Shown here: one piece after another, positions 49,684-58,809 of the stretch
How positions within the stretch are numbered: the first letter of the stretch is position 1
How the letters are laid out: every line of letters starts with the position of its first letter
Assembly (NCBI GenBank): GCA_963782345.1
Contig: CAWAJF010000008.1
Coordinates: forward strand, 67,946-131,945
DNA: 64,000 bases
Source of the DNA: an uncultured Solirubrobacterales bacterium
GTDB lineage: Bacteria; Actinomycetota; Thermoleophilia; Solirubrobacterales; 70-9
Direction: 5' to 3'
Translations under genes and position numbers: made by a program
The notes under the pieces: model-generated
Told to the model about the DNA's origin: nothing
The model's input: only the letters and a program-made list of their open reading frames with translations
Databases searched by the model: none

Positions 49684-51342
49684 CTAGTTCGGCGAGATGC
49701 CGAGGTACGGCAGCGCGAACTCCGCGATCTGCCCGAAGACCGGCGCGGCGACCAACCCGCCCACGTGCACGTACTGCGGCTCGTCGACGACCACGGCGAC
49801 GAGCAGCTTCGGATGGTGCGCCGGCGCGAAGCCGACGAAGGAGGCGACGTAGCGGCTGTCCGAGTAGGTCCCGTTCTCGACCTTCTGGGCGGTACCCGTC
49901 TTCCCCGCCAGCACGTACCCGGGAACGCTGACCTCCGACGCGGTGCCACCCGGCTCGAGCACGCCCTCGAGCATCCGGCGCAGCCGGGCGGCGGTTTTCG
50001 AGGTGATCACGCGATGCGGGTCGGTGTTCTGGTCGGCGGGGTGCCCGCCCACGCTGGTGATCAGGGTCGGGCGCCGCAGGATGCCGCCGTCGGCGATCGC
50101 GGAGTACGCAGTCGCCATCTGCATCGGCGTCACCGCGAGGCCCTGGCCGATCGGCAGGTTGCCCATCGTCGAGCCGGAGTAGTCCTTGCGCGCCGGCACG
50201 ATCCCCCGCTCCTCGCCGGGATAGCCGATGCCGGTGGGCCGCCCGAAGCCAAAGCGGTTGATCCATTGGGAGAAGCGGTCGGCACCCTCCTTCAGCCCGA
50301 TCGTCACGGCGCCGACGTTCGACGACTGCGCGAGGATCTGGGCCGTCGTGAGCGTCTCGGCCGGGCGGGCCTCGGCCTCGCCGATGGTCCGGTCGTAGAC
50401 GTGGATCTCAGGGGGCAGATAGAAGCTCGAGTTCGGCGTGACCACGTGGTCCTCGAGCGCCGAGGCCACGGTGAAGGCCTTGAAGGTCGAGCCGGGCTCG
50501 TAGGTGAAGCCGGTGGCGCGGTTCTCGAGCTCATCGGGGCTCGCCTTGGCGAGGTTCTCGGGATCGAAGCCCGGCGTGTTCGCCATCGCCAGGACCTCTC
50601 CCGTATTGGGGTTCATCACGATCGCCGTGGCGCCTTTGGCGTCGTAGTGCTGGACGGCCGCATTCAGCGCCTCCTCGGTCTTGCCCTGGATCGCGGCGTC
50701 AAGCGTCGTCTGAACGTCCTCCCCCACGCTCGCCGGGGTGACGGTCTCCATCCGCAGTGGGCGTCCCACCGCGTCGTGGACCACGTCCTCCTCGCCGTTC
50801 GCCCCGCCGAGCACGCCGTTCTCCAAGTGCTCGAGGCCGGTCAGCCCCTGGTTGTCGGTCCCCACCGCCCCGATCACCTGCGAGGCAAGCTGACCCTGGG
50901 GGTAGAGCCGCTTGCTGGTCGGGACCGTGGAGATGCCGGCGATGTCGAGCTTCTTCACCTCCGCCGCGACGTTCGGATCGACCTTTCTGGCGAGATAGGC
51001 GAAGCCCGAGGTCCGGTCCGAAAGCGCCTTGAGCAGGTCCGCGGTCGGCACGCCGAGCACGTCATGCAGCTTCATCGCCGTGCGGCCGGGATTCTCGACC
51101 TGGTACGGCGTGGCGACCACGTCCGCGGCGTCCTCGGAGGCCGCCAGCACCTTGCCGTTGCGGTCGAGCACGCGGCCGCGCTCGCCCGGGATGGTCACGG
51201 TCGTGACCTGCTGGCTGCGGGCCTCGGCGCGGAGACTGCCCCCCTTCACGCCCTGCAGCCAGAACGAGCGGGCGATCGCGAACGAGAAGACCAGGCAGAA
51301 GATGCAGAAGAGCAGCCCGAGCCGGCGATCGATCATTCGCAT
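49684..51342 (-). CDS. ftsI: penicillin-binding protein (class B transpeptidase, FtsI-like)
   Basis: 552 aa with an N-terminal TM and the motifs STFK, SSN and KTGT. Confidence 0.85.
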   Translation of the reverse strand: MRMIDRRLGLLFCIFCLVFSFAIARSFWLQGVKGGSLRAEARSQQVTTVTIPGERGRVLDRNGKVLAASEDAADVVATPYQVENPGRTAMKLHDVLGVPTADLLKALSDRTSGFAYLARKVDPNVAAEVKKLDIAGISTVPTSKRLYPQGQLASQVIGAVGTDNQGLTGLEHLENGVLGGANGEEDVVHDAVGRPLRMETVTPASVGEDVQTTLDAAIQGKTEEALNAAVQHYDAKGATAIVMNPNTGEVLAMANTPGFDPENLAKASPDELENRATGFTYEPGSTFKAFTVASALEDHVVTPNSSFYLPPEIHVYDRTIGEAEARPAETLTTAQILAQSSNVGAVTIGLKEGADRFSQWINRFGFGRPTGIGYPGEERGIVPARKDYSGSTMGNLPIGQGLAVTPMQMATAYSAIADGGILRRPTLITSVGGHPADQNTDPHRVITSKTAARLRRMLEGVLEPGGTASEVSVPGYVLAGKTGTAQKVENGTYSDSRYVASFVGFAPAHHPKLLVAVVVDEPQYVHVGGLVAAPVFGQIAEFALPYLGISPN

Positions 51343-51354
51343 CGCCGGTTGCCC

Positions 51355-52167
51355 CTAGAGGCCTACGCCTCCGGTCGAGCTTCCGGACGAGCTCGAGGAA
51401 GAGCTCGAGGAGGAGCCGCTCCCGCTCGAGGTGCCGCTCGCCGAACCGCTGCTCGTGCTCGGCGCAGTGGCGGTTGGGGTGGGAGTCGTGGTCGGCGCCA
51501 CCGTCGTCGTGGGCGCGGGTGTCGAGCTCGTGTCGACCGGCGCGTAGGAGGTGCCCGGCGCGGGATAGCTCGATGGCAGGCTCGGCGCCATCAGGAAGCT
51601 GTCGGTGCCCAGCAGGTGCGCCAAGCGCTGCGCGCTCCCGTCGCTTGCGTTCAGATAGGTGATCGACTTCGGAGGAGGCACGGCGAGTCCCAGGCGGGAG
51701 GCCTCGGCCTCAACCCTGCTGGCCGAGAGTCGCTCGTCGATCTGTGCCTGAAGGCCGGAGATCTCGCTCTTCAGCTCGTCGATCTGGATCGACCGGCCGC
51801 CCGAGCCTGCGGTCAGGCTGAGGCTGAGGACGTTGAGCGCGACGATTCCGACGAGCATCGCGCCGAGGACGGCGATCCAGCCGCGTCCCCGGGTGAGTCG
51901 CATGATCAGAGTGGAGTCGGAGATGTCCCGGACGGCGCCGGCGCTTCGGACCGCCGCCTGCGGGAAGAGCGCGGCGCCGGCGACCGCCGGTCGCATCAGC
52001 CGGGCGGCGGGCGCCTGGCGGGCGCGGCCGCGGGGCGCCGGCCTCCGCCGGGCGCTTCGAGCCTTCCGTCGCGGCGCCTGACGCGGCGCGGCTTTGATGC
52101 GAGGGCGATCCGCAGGCGAAGCCGAGGAGCGATCCGTTCTATGTGGAGCCGTGGCAGCGGCGGCCAT
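51355..52167 (-). CDS. FtsL-like septal membrane protein with Ser/Thr/Pro-rich tail
   Basis: ORF 51355..52308. ATG 52167 overlaps the rsmH stop as ATGA. It has a basic N-terminus, one TM (WIAVLGAMLVGIVALNVLSLSL), a coiled-coil-like segment (IDELKSEISGLQAQIDERL) and a long STP/poly-Ser tail. The FtsL assignment rests on position and topology. Confidence 0.6.
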   Translation of the reverse strand: MAAAATAPHRTDRSSASPADRPRIKAAPRQAPRRKARSARRRPAPRGRARQAPAARLMRPAVAGAALFPQAAVRSAGAVRDISDSTLIMRLTRGRGWIAVLGAMLVGIVALNVLSLSLTAGSGGRSIQIDELKSEISGLQAQIDERLSASRVEAEASRLGLAVPPPKSITYLNASDGSAQRLAHLLGTDSFLMAPSLPSSYPAPGTSYAPVDTSSTPAPTTTVAPTTTPTPTATAPSTSSGSASGTSSGSGSSSSSSSSSSGSSTGGVGL

Positions 52168-53207
52168 CAGCCCCCCTCCTCCTCTTCGCGGATCTTGAGC
52201 GCGGCACGCAGGTGCGCCGAGGAGGCGCGCGGGTTCCGCTCGAGCTCGTCGGGACCGGGAGCGATCGCTCGCTTGGTGAGCAGCTCGGCCTCCGGCTCGT
52301 GGCCACACACGCAGACCGGAAGCTCCGGCGGACAGACACAGCCGCGGGCTCGATCGGCGAGGAAGCGCTTGACGCGCCGGTCCTCGAGCGAATGGAAGGA
52401 GATCGCGCCGAGGCGCCCGCCGACCGGCAGGATGTCCCAGGCCAGGGGCAGCGCGTGATCGAGCGCGTCGAGCTCGCCGTTCACGGCGATCCGGATCGCC
52501 TGGAAGGTGCGCTTGGCCGGATGCCCGCGGCCGAATCGCTCGGAGGGCGGGATCGCGCCCTTGATCGCGCGGACGAGCTGCGCGGTCGTGTCGATCGGGC
52601 GGCGCTTGACGATCTCGCGCGCGATCGATCCGCCGCGGCGCTCCTCGCCGAGCTCGCGGATCGCGTTCGCGAGACGGTCCTGGGGCCAGTCGTTGACAAC
52701 GGTCGCCGCCGAGAGGCTCTGGGTCGGGTCCATGCGCATGTCGAGCGGCGCGTCGTACGAGTACGAGAAGCCTCGCTCCCAGGCATCGACCTGCATCGAG
52801 GACATACCGAGGTCGAAGACGATCGCGTCGGGCCGCACGCCCTCGCCGCGAAGCCCCTCGAGCGCCATGACGAAGTCGGCGCGCAGGAAGCGAGATCGGG
52901 ACGGTGCGTGGGCGGCGAACTCACTCCAGCGCTCCTCGGAGGCGGGATCGCGGTCGACCGCGATCAGCTCGCCCTCCTGGCCGATGCGCTCGGAGATCAG
53001 GCGGGCGTGGCCGCCGCCCCCGAAGGTGCAGTCGACGAACGTCTCGCCCGGGTGCGGGTCGAGGACGTCGATCAGCTCTGTTGCGAGGACGGGCTCATGT
53101 TCGGTGGGCACGTACGTAAGGTTCGCTGACGAGGCCGGTTGTCCGGCCGCCCTGTTGGTGGCGGCCGAAATGCGGGGCCCCACCACTCGATGTGTTGCTG
53201 TGGCCAT
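52167..53207 (-). CDS. rsmH: 16S rRNA (cytosine1402-N4)-methyltransferase
   Basis: ORF 52167..53261. It starts at ATG 53207 with GAAGGAGG upstream. Motifs are HEPVL, DCTFGGGGH, DLGMSSMQVD and SFHSLEDR. Confidence 0.9.
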   Translation of the reverse strand: MATATHRVVGPRISAATNRAAGQPASSANLTYVPTEHEPVLATELIDVLDPHPGETFVDCTFGGGGHARLISERIGQEGELIAVDRDPASEERWSEFAAHAPSRSRFLRADFVMALEGLRGEGVRPDAIVFDLGMSSMQVDAWERGFSYSYDAPLDMRMDPTQSLSAATVVNDWPQDRLANAIRELGEERRGGSIAREIVKRRPIDTTAQLVRAIKGAIPPSERFGRGHPAKRTFQAIRIAVNGELDALDHALPLAWDILPVGGRLGAISFHSLEDRRVKRFLADRARGCVCPPELPVCVCGHEPEAELLTKRAIAPGPDELERNPRASSAHLRAALKIREEEEGG

Positions 53208-53208
53208 T

Positions 53209-53652
53209 TCAGCCTCCTTCGCTCTCGGAGAGGTTCTCGGCGACGTCTGAGACCTCCGCATCCATTTCCTTCTCGTACTCGGCCCAGCGCTCGGCGCTCC
53301 AGATCTCGAACCAGTCGTCGGAGCCGACGATCACGCAGGGGCCCTCGCCCAGGCCGGCGTGCTCGATCAGCTTCTTCGGCAGCCGGATCCGGCCGGCGGA
53401 GTCAAGGGAGTCGTCGAAGGCGCCACCGTGGAAGTGGCGGCGCAGCATCCGCCCGCGCTTGCCGAGCGGGTTGGTCTCGCCGAGGAAGCTCTTCGTGAAG
53501 TTCTCGTAGCCGCCGGGCGCGAACACCCAGACAGAGGGGTCGAGGCCCTTGGCGAGAACGACTCCATCAGCCAGCGCCGCGCGGAACCTCGACGGGACCG
53601 TGAGGCGGTCCTTGGCGTCGAGATTGTGCTCGTACTGACCGAGAAACGACAA
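53209..53652 (-). CDS. mraZ: transcriptional regulator MraZ
   Basis: 147 aa with a TTG start. It has two SpoVT/AbrB-like repeats (DAKDRLTVPSRFR and DSAGRIRLPKKL). Confidence 0.9.
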   Translation of the reverse strand: MSFLGQYEHNLDAKDRLTVPSRFRAALADGVVLAKGLDPSVWVFAPGGYENFTKSFLGETNPLGKRGRMLRRHFHGGAFDDSLDSAGRIRLPKKLIEHAGLGEGPCVIVGSDDWFEIWSAERWAEYEKEMDAEVSDVAENLSESEGG

Positions 53653-53755
53653 AGCGGGCTTCCTCTCCGGAGGGTGAGTCGGTCTGTTCGGAGCGGGCCG
53701 GGGTGGTGAGGTGGGAGGAGCCTCATCACCCCGGCCCTATTGACCAACTCTGTTT

Positions 53756-53790
53756 GCCACGCTAACCCACTCTGCCCCACTTTGCAACAC
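53756..53790 (-). promoter_or_regulatory. putative MraZ operator: four GTGGN-type boxes at exact 10-bp phasing
   Basis: The minus strand reads GTGTTGCAAA GTGGGGCAGA GTGGGTTAGC GTGGC, about 105 nt upstream of the mraZ start. From memory, MraZ operators described in other bacteria are phased direct repeats containing TGGG/GTG. Confidence 0.5.
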
Positions 53791-54092
53791 AGATTGGGCG
53801 GGCGCATTGCACCCGATCCGTCGGACGGAACTGCTACCCGGGTCGGAGGAGCGCTGAAATCCGCATTCCCATGCGGTTTGAGGGGCTCCGCGACGCGCCC
53901 GGTTGCGACGCCTTGGTGGCCTGGTCCTGCAACTCCGGTTGCAGTGAAGAGGACCGCCACCGGGATGCCCCCCACTTTGCCCCCCGGTCGGCTTCACGCG
54001 TCGAGCCGCGCGGCGGCGATCCTCTCGCCCCGCCTCACGCCCGGATCAGTTCAGGCGTTCCATCGGCAGTTGACGACGGCAAAGGAGTCGAG

Positions 54093-54311
54093 ATGCACTT
54101 CGAGCGGCGCTATCGAGCGATGGAGACGAGAGACGAGGCCCAGGCGGGGGAGTTCTTCGCGGCGGTCACCTCGACCGGCATCTATTGCCGTCCGGGCTGC
54201 CCGGCGCGGATGCCGAAGCGCGAGAACGTCCGCTTCTACCTGACCGCCGCCGCGGCGCGGAGCGACGGGTTCCGCGCGTGCCTTCGCTGCCACCCGGACG
54301 AGTTCGAGTGA
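54093..54311 (+). CDS. Ada-type zinc-binding domain protein (stand-alone)
   Basis: ATG 54093 is preceded by AAAGGAG. 72 aa with FFAAVTSTGIYCRPGCPARMPKRENVRFY...GFRACLRCHP, the Cys4 pattern of the Ada N-terminal domain. There is no AraC or methyltransferase part. Confidence 0.7.
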   Translation: MHFERRYRAMETRDEAQAGEFFAAVTSTGIYCRPGCPARMPKRENVRFYLTAAAARSDGFRACLRCHPDEFE

Positions 54312-54928
54312 GCGGCGCCGAGCGGTTGCGCGCCGCGGCCGCGGCGGCCACGGTGGGGCCGGCGGTCTGGTTCGCGGTGATGATCGTGCTGGGACTGGCG
54401 GTCCCCGGCTACGACACGCTCACCATGCCCGCCAGCGCTCTCAGCCTCGGCTCGGCCGGCTGGGTGATGATCGTGAACTTCGTGCTGTTGGGTGCGGTCG
54501 AGATCGCGTTCGCCTTTGCGCTGTGGCGAGTGGCGGAAAGCTCCGGTCTCGGGCGTGCCGAGGCGGTCCTGATCGGATTCGCGGGTGCCTGCACGCTGAT
54601 CGCCGGGCCGCTGATCACGGATCCTGACGACGCGCTGAGGACGCTCCACGCCCAGCTGCACCTGGCCGCGGTCGCGTGCGCCTTCGCGGCCGTGTCGGCG
54701 GCCGCCATCCTGGTCTCGCGGCGAGGCAGCGCGACCCGCGGTTTTGCCGCCTTCTCGCTGCTGACCGGCCTGTCCGTCCTGCCCCTCTTCGTCATCTCGG
54801 AGGCGGCGACCCCGATGCTGGGAGTGATTCAGCGCGCCGCGGTGGCGATCGCGTTCACCTGGCTGACGCTGCTCGCGCTGCGCATGCGCGCTGCCATTCC
54901 GCCGGCCGAGCTCAGAACCCGGACATGA
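54308..54928 (+). CDS. DUF998-like integral membrane protein
   Basis: The GTG at 54308 overlaps the stop of the Ada-Zn gene as GTGA. 206 aa with about 6 hydrophobic helices. The family name is from memory. Confidence 0.6.
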   Translation: MSGAERLRAAAAAATVGPAVWFAVMIVLGLAVPGYDTLTMPASALSLGSAGWVMIVNFVLLGAVEIAFAFALWRVAESSGLGRAEAVLIGFAGACTLIAGPLITDPDDALRTLHAQLHLAAVACAFAAVSAAAILVSRRGSATRGFAAFSLLTGLSVLPLFVISEAATPMLGVIQRAAVAIAFTWLTLLALRMRAAIPPAELRTRT

Positions 54929-55745
54929 ACCGATCGACGTTGGCGAGCAGCCCGGCGGCGATCATCAGCAGGACCGAGGGCACCAGGAGAAGCGCGATCG
55001 CGAGCTGGATCTTGGGAGCCGCTCGCGCCGCCTGCTCCTCGATCCGCCGCCGCTGGACGCCGCGCAGCGCGGTCGCCTGCTCGCGGAGCTGGTCGGCCAG
55101 AGGAGAGCCGTAGCGGCGGGAGCGCTCGATCACCCCGCACATCGCCGATACCTCGCGGACCGGGGCGCGCCGCCGCAGCGACTCGAGCGCCTGGCTCTGC
55201 GGAAGCCCGCAGGAGCTCTCGGCCGAGAGCATCGCGAGCTCGCGCGCCAGCGGCCCCTCCCCCCTGCCGAGCTCGCTGAGACCCGCGAGCGGGCTGCGCC
55301 CCGCGGCAGTGCCGACCGCCAGCAGGTCGAGCGCGTCAGGGAGGCCGGCGCGGAGGGCGCGGAGCCGCTGGCGGGCGCGTCGCTCGAGCCACGCATCGGG
55401 ACCGAGAAAGCCTGCGGCAGGCAGTCCGACGAGGACGATCCAGGCGAGACGGCTGGGGGCGGCGGGCGCCACGACCATCCCCCAGAGCAAGCCGGCTAGC
55501 CCGCCGCCGAGCTTGGCGGCGAGCACGGCCTGCAGGGAGACGCGGTCCGCAAGACCGGCCCTGGTGATGCGAGCGGAGAGCCCGAGCCGGCCGTCGGCGG
55601 CGGTGAGGAGCGAACATGCCGGCGATCGCGTTGCGGCGTCGTGGCTTGTGGGCCCATCCGCTCGGGTGCGCCCGGGCAGGAGTTGTGCGATCGCGCCGAA
55701 CCCGAGGACGAGCGCGCCGATCCCGAGCAGCACAGCCGTGGTCAT
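54912..55745 (-). CDS. tadC: type II secretion system F-family protein (TadC-like)
   Basis: 277 aa with the T2SSF signature LPDALDLLAVGTAAGRSPLAGL and terminal TM helices. Overlaps the tadB stop. Confidence 0.75.
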   Translation of the reverse strand: MTTAVLLGIGALVLGFGAIAQLLPGRTRADGPTSHDAATRSPACSLLTAADGRLGLSARITRAGLADRVSLQAVLAAKLGGGLAGLLWGMVVAPAAPSRLAWIVLVGLPAAGFLGPDAWLERRARQRLRALRAGLPDALDLLAVGTAAGRSPLAGLSELGRGEGPLARELAMLSAESSCGLPQSQALESLRRRAPVREVSAMCGVIERSRRYGSPLADQLREQATALRGVQRRRIEEQAARAAPKIQLAIALLLVPSVLLMIAAGLLANVDRFMSGF

Positions 55746-56590
55746 TCCGCCGGCCTCCCGAGCCTGCGGATCAGCCCGAAGCCGAGGACCTGAAGTCCCC
55801 CTGCCGCGACCAGCATCGCCGCGGAGGCCGGCTCGGAGATCACCCGCGAGACGAAGCCGGGCTGCAGGAGCTCCGCGAAGAGCGCCGCCCCGGCGGGCAG
55901 CGCAACCACGAGCAACCCCGTGAAGCGTGCCTGCGTCGTGGCGGCGCGAGCCTCATCGGCGACCCGGTCGCGGTCGGCGGCCGCCGCCGCCAGGCGCCGC
56001 ATCAGCGCGGCCACGTCCCCGCCCGCGACCTGCTGGCTGAGCAGCGCCGTGGCGAGGGAGTCGACCCGGTCCGAGCGCAGCCTGGCCTGCATCCCGGCGA
56101 GTGCCTCAGCCGTCGATGCCCCGAGCTCGAGGTCGGCCGCGACCCGCGCCAGCTCCACCGAGGAGGGACCCTCGAGCGACCCCGCGGCGGCCGCCAGCGC
56201 GCCCCGCACCGAGTGACCGCCCGAGATCGCGTCGGCGATCGCCGCCGCCACATCCGGAAGAGACCGCTCCACCGCGCGGCGATATCGCTCGCGGCGACCG
56301 GCGACCAGCGCCCCGACGCACCAGGGGCCCGCCGCCGCGGCGACCGCGAGCGGGCTCGGGCCGGCGATCAGGACCGCCATCGCCGCGATCGCGCCGCTGC
56401 CGAGCATCGCGAGGCGGCGCTGCTCGTCCGCGCTCGGCGCGTAGCCCTCTCGCGAGGCACGCCGCAGGGGCAGGACCGCGGCCTGGAGCCAGCTCGCCAA
56501 CCGCGGCGCCGAGACCAAAGCTTCGCGGACCGCTACGGCGGCGAGCCCTCCCGCAAGCGCCGTCAGCACGATCAGCGCCTCACGGCCCAC
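55742..56590 (-). CDS. tadB: type II secretion system F-family protein (TadB-like)
   Basis: 282 aa with LPDVAAAIADAISGGHSVRGAL and terminal TM helices. Overlaps the tadA 3' end. Confidence 0.75.
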   Translation of the reverse strand: MGREALIVLTALAGGLAAVAVREALVSAPRLASWLQAAVLPLRRASREGYAPSADEQRRLAMLGSGAIAAMAVLIAGPSPLAVAAAAGPWCVGALVAGRRERYRRAVERSLPDVAAAIADAISGGHSVRGALAAAAGSLEGPSSVELARVAADLELGASTAEALAGMQARLRSDRVDSLATALLSQQVAGGDVAALMRRLAAAAADRDRVADEARAATTQARFTGLLVVALPAGAALFAELLQPGFVSRVISEPASAAMLVAAGGLQVLGFGLIRRLGRPAE

Positions 56591-57750
56591 GGGCGTGCCT
56601 CCGCTTCGCTTCCCAGCCTGTAGAGCTCGCGGACGCCCACCGAGCCGGCGGTCCGCACCACCTCGGCGACCTCCACGACGCGGCGCGAGCCGTCGCTCAA
56701 CCGGGCGAGGTGGATGACGAGATCGAGCCCACGTCCCAGTTGCTCGCGGATCGCCTCGTGCGGCAGGCCGACGCCGGCCATCAGCGCCAGGGTCTCGATT
56801 CGCCGCAGCGCGTCCTCCGGCGAGTTGGCATGGACGGTGGAGAGCGCGCCCTCGTGGCCGGTGTTCAGGGCCATCAGCAGGTCCAGCGCCTCGCCGCCCC
56901 GCACCTCGCCGATCACGATGCGGTCCGGGCGCATACGCAGAGCGCCGCGGAGCAGCTCCCGGATGGTGACCCTGCCGCGGCCCTCCACGTTCGGCGGCCG
57001 ACTCTCCAGCCGGACGACGTGTGGCTGCCGCAGCCGCAGCTCGGCGGCGTCCTCGATCGTGATCACACGCTCGTCCGGGTCGAGGAACGCCGAGAGAGCG
57101 TTCAGCAGCGTCGTCTTGCCGGAGCCGGTGCCGCCGCTGACGAGAATGCTCCGCCGCGCGCCGACCGCAGCGGCCAGCTCGTCGTGGAGCTCCGGGCTGA
57201 GGGTGCCGAGCTCGACCAGCTCCCGCGGACCGGGCCGCACTGCGGAGAACCGCCGGATCGACATCGAAGGGCCATCGACCGAGAGCGGCGGGATCACCAC
57301 GTGGACGCGCGAGCCGTCCTCGAGCCGTGCATCGACCATCGGGCTGAGCTCGTCGACCCTGCGACCGAGCGGGGTGAGGATCCGCTCGATCGCGTCCCGC
57401 AGGGACTGCTCGGAGGGGAAGGAGACCTCGGTCAGCTCAATCCGCCCCGCCCTCTCGACGTAGACGCGCTCGTGCCAGTTGACCATCACCTCCTCGACCG
57501 CCGGGTCGGCGAGCAGCTCCTCAAGCGGCCCGAGGCCGACGGCCTCGCGCAATATCAGCTCGCGAAGGCGCTCCCGCGTCGGCTGCTCGAGGATCGCCGC
57601 GTCCTCGTCGACAAGCTCGCGAACCGCGTCGGGAAGCGGCCCCAATGCCGCGTCGCCCGAGGCCGCCTGCGCACGGCGACGCTCCACGAGCCGGTTGCGC
57701 AGCTCGACGGCCAGCTGATCCAGGTGCCTGCGGCGGACTCGCTCGTCCAC
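56572..57750 (-). CDS. tadA: CpaF/TadA family secretion ATPase
   Basis: 392 aa with Walker A SGGTGSGKTTLLNAL, Walker B ITIEDAAEL, and the Asp and His boxes. Confidence 0.9.
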   Translation of the reverse strand: MDERVRRRHLDQLAVELRNRLVERRRAQAASGDAALGPLPDAVRELVDEDAAILEQPTRERLRELILREAVGLGPLEELLADPAVEEVMVNWHERVYVERAGRIELTEVSFPSEQSLRDAIERILTPLGRRVDELSPMVDARLEDGSRVHVVIPPLSVDGPSMSIRRFSAVRPGPRELVELGTLSPELHDELAAAVGARRSILVSGGTGSGKTTLLNALSAFLDPDERVITIEDAAELRLRQPHVVRLESRPPNVEGRGRVTIRELLRGALRMRPDRIVIGEVRGGEALDLLMALNTGHEGALSTVHANSPEDALRRIETLALMAGVGLPHEAIREQLGRGLDLVIHLARLSDGSRRVVEVAEVVRTAGSVGVRELYRLGSEAEARPWAVRR

Positions 57751-57810
57751 CCTGGGCTAAGAGGCCGGGCCGGCCGGCTCGCCCCCCTGCGGTGGATAGC
57801 CTGCGCGGAC

Positions 57811-58317
57811 GTGGCCGAGATCGAGGTCAAGCAGGCGGACATCACCAAGCTCGAGGTGGACGCGATCGCCAACGCCGCCAACACGCAGCTTCGCCACGGC
57901 GGCGGCGTGGCGGGCGCGATCTCCCGGGCCGGCGGCCCGGTGGTTCAGGCTGAGAGCGACGAGCGTGCGCCGATCGGGCTAGGGGACGCGGTCGAGACGA
58001 CCGCGGGCGAGATGCCCGCCCGCTGGGTGATCCACGCGGCGACGATGGACCTGGGCGGCCCGACCTCCGCGGAGATCATCCGCAGGGCCACGGCGAGCAC
58101 GCTCGCCGTGGCAGACGAGCTCGGAGCGAAGAGCCTGGCCCTGGTCGCCTTCGGTACGGGCGTGGGCGGCTTCCCGCTCGACGAGGCCGCCCGGATCGAG
58201 GCCGAGGAGATGCACAGGCACCTCGATGCGGGCAGCGGGCTCGAGCAGGTGATCTTCGCCGTTCACGGCGACGAAGCCGAGGCCGCGTTCAATTCGGCGA
58301 TGAGTCAGCTCGGTTGA
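57811..58317 (+). CDS. macro domain (ADP-ribose binding/hydrolase) protein
   Basis: This is the C-terminal part of ORF 56101..58317, starting at GTG 57811. Sequence: VAEIEVKQADITKLEVDAIANAANTQLRHGGGVAGAI...AFGTGVGGFP. Confidence 0.85.
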   Translation: MAEIEVKQADITKLEVDAIANAANTQLRHGGGVAGAISRAGGPVVQAESDERAPIGLGDAVETTAGEMPARWVIHAATMDLGGPTSAEIIRRATASTLAVADELGAKSLALVAFGTGVGGFPLDEAARIEAEEMHRHLDAGSGLEQVIFAVHGDEAEAAFNSAMSQLG

Positions 58318-58760
58318 GTCAGTCTCAGATAGCAACGATGGTCATCCACCCACCGGGGCGGCACTTGCTGCGCGCAAAGGACCTCGCGGACGCTCGCTAC
58401 TCCGAGCGCCTCGACGTCGATGACTTGGCCGGCGCGGCCGGCCTCTCCAAGGCTCACTTCAGCCGCGAGTTCCGCCGCGCCTTCGGCGAGTCGCCGCACC
58501 ACTACCTCCTGACCCGGCGCCTCGAGCGAGCCGCCACCCTGCTGCGGATGACCGATTGGAGCGTCGCCGAGGTCTGCGTCGAGGTCGGCCTGCAGAGCAT
58601 CGGGTCCTTCACCACCAGCTTCAAGCGCGCCTACGGGCAAAGCCCAACGGAGTACCGCGCGAGCCAGCCGCCCGCGTCCCACTTCGCGAAGGTGCCGAGC
58701 TGCGTGCTCCGCACCTTCCTGCGACCCCATACAGCACGTTTCAAGAAGACAGACGACTGA
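58314..58760 (+). CDS. AraC-family HTH transcriptional regulator (DNA-binding domain only)
   Basis: 148 aa with LSKAHFSREFRRAFGESPHHYLLTRRLERA...GLQSIGSFTTSFKRAYGQSPTEYR. TTG 58314 overlaps the macro gene stop; ATG 58338 is an alternative start. Confidence 0.8.
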   Translation: MSQSQIATMVIHPPGRHLLRAKDLADARYSERLDVDDLAGAAGLSKAHFSREFRRAFGESPHHYLLTRRLERAATLLRMTDWSVAEVCVEVGLQSIGSFTTSFKRAYGQSPTEYRASQPPASHFAKVPSCVLRTFLRPHTARFKKTDD

Positions 58761-58809
58761 GCCGCAAATACCTTGACCCGGACCGAGTAGTTCAACGAAA
58801 GGAGACGAA

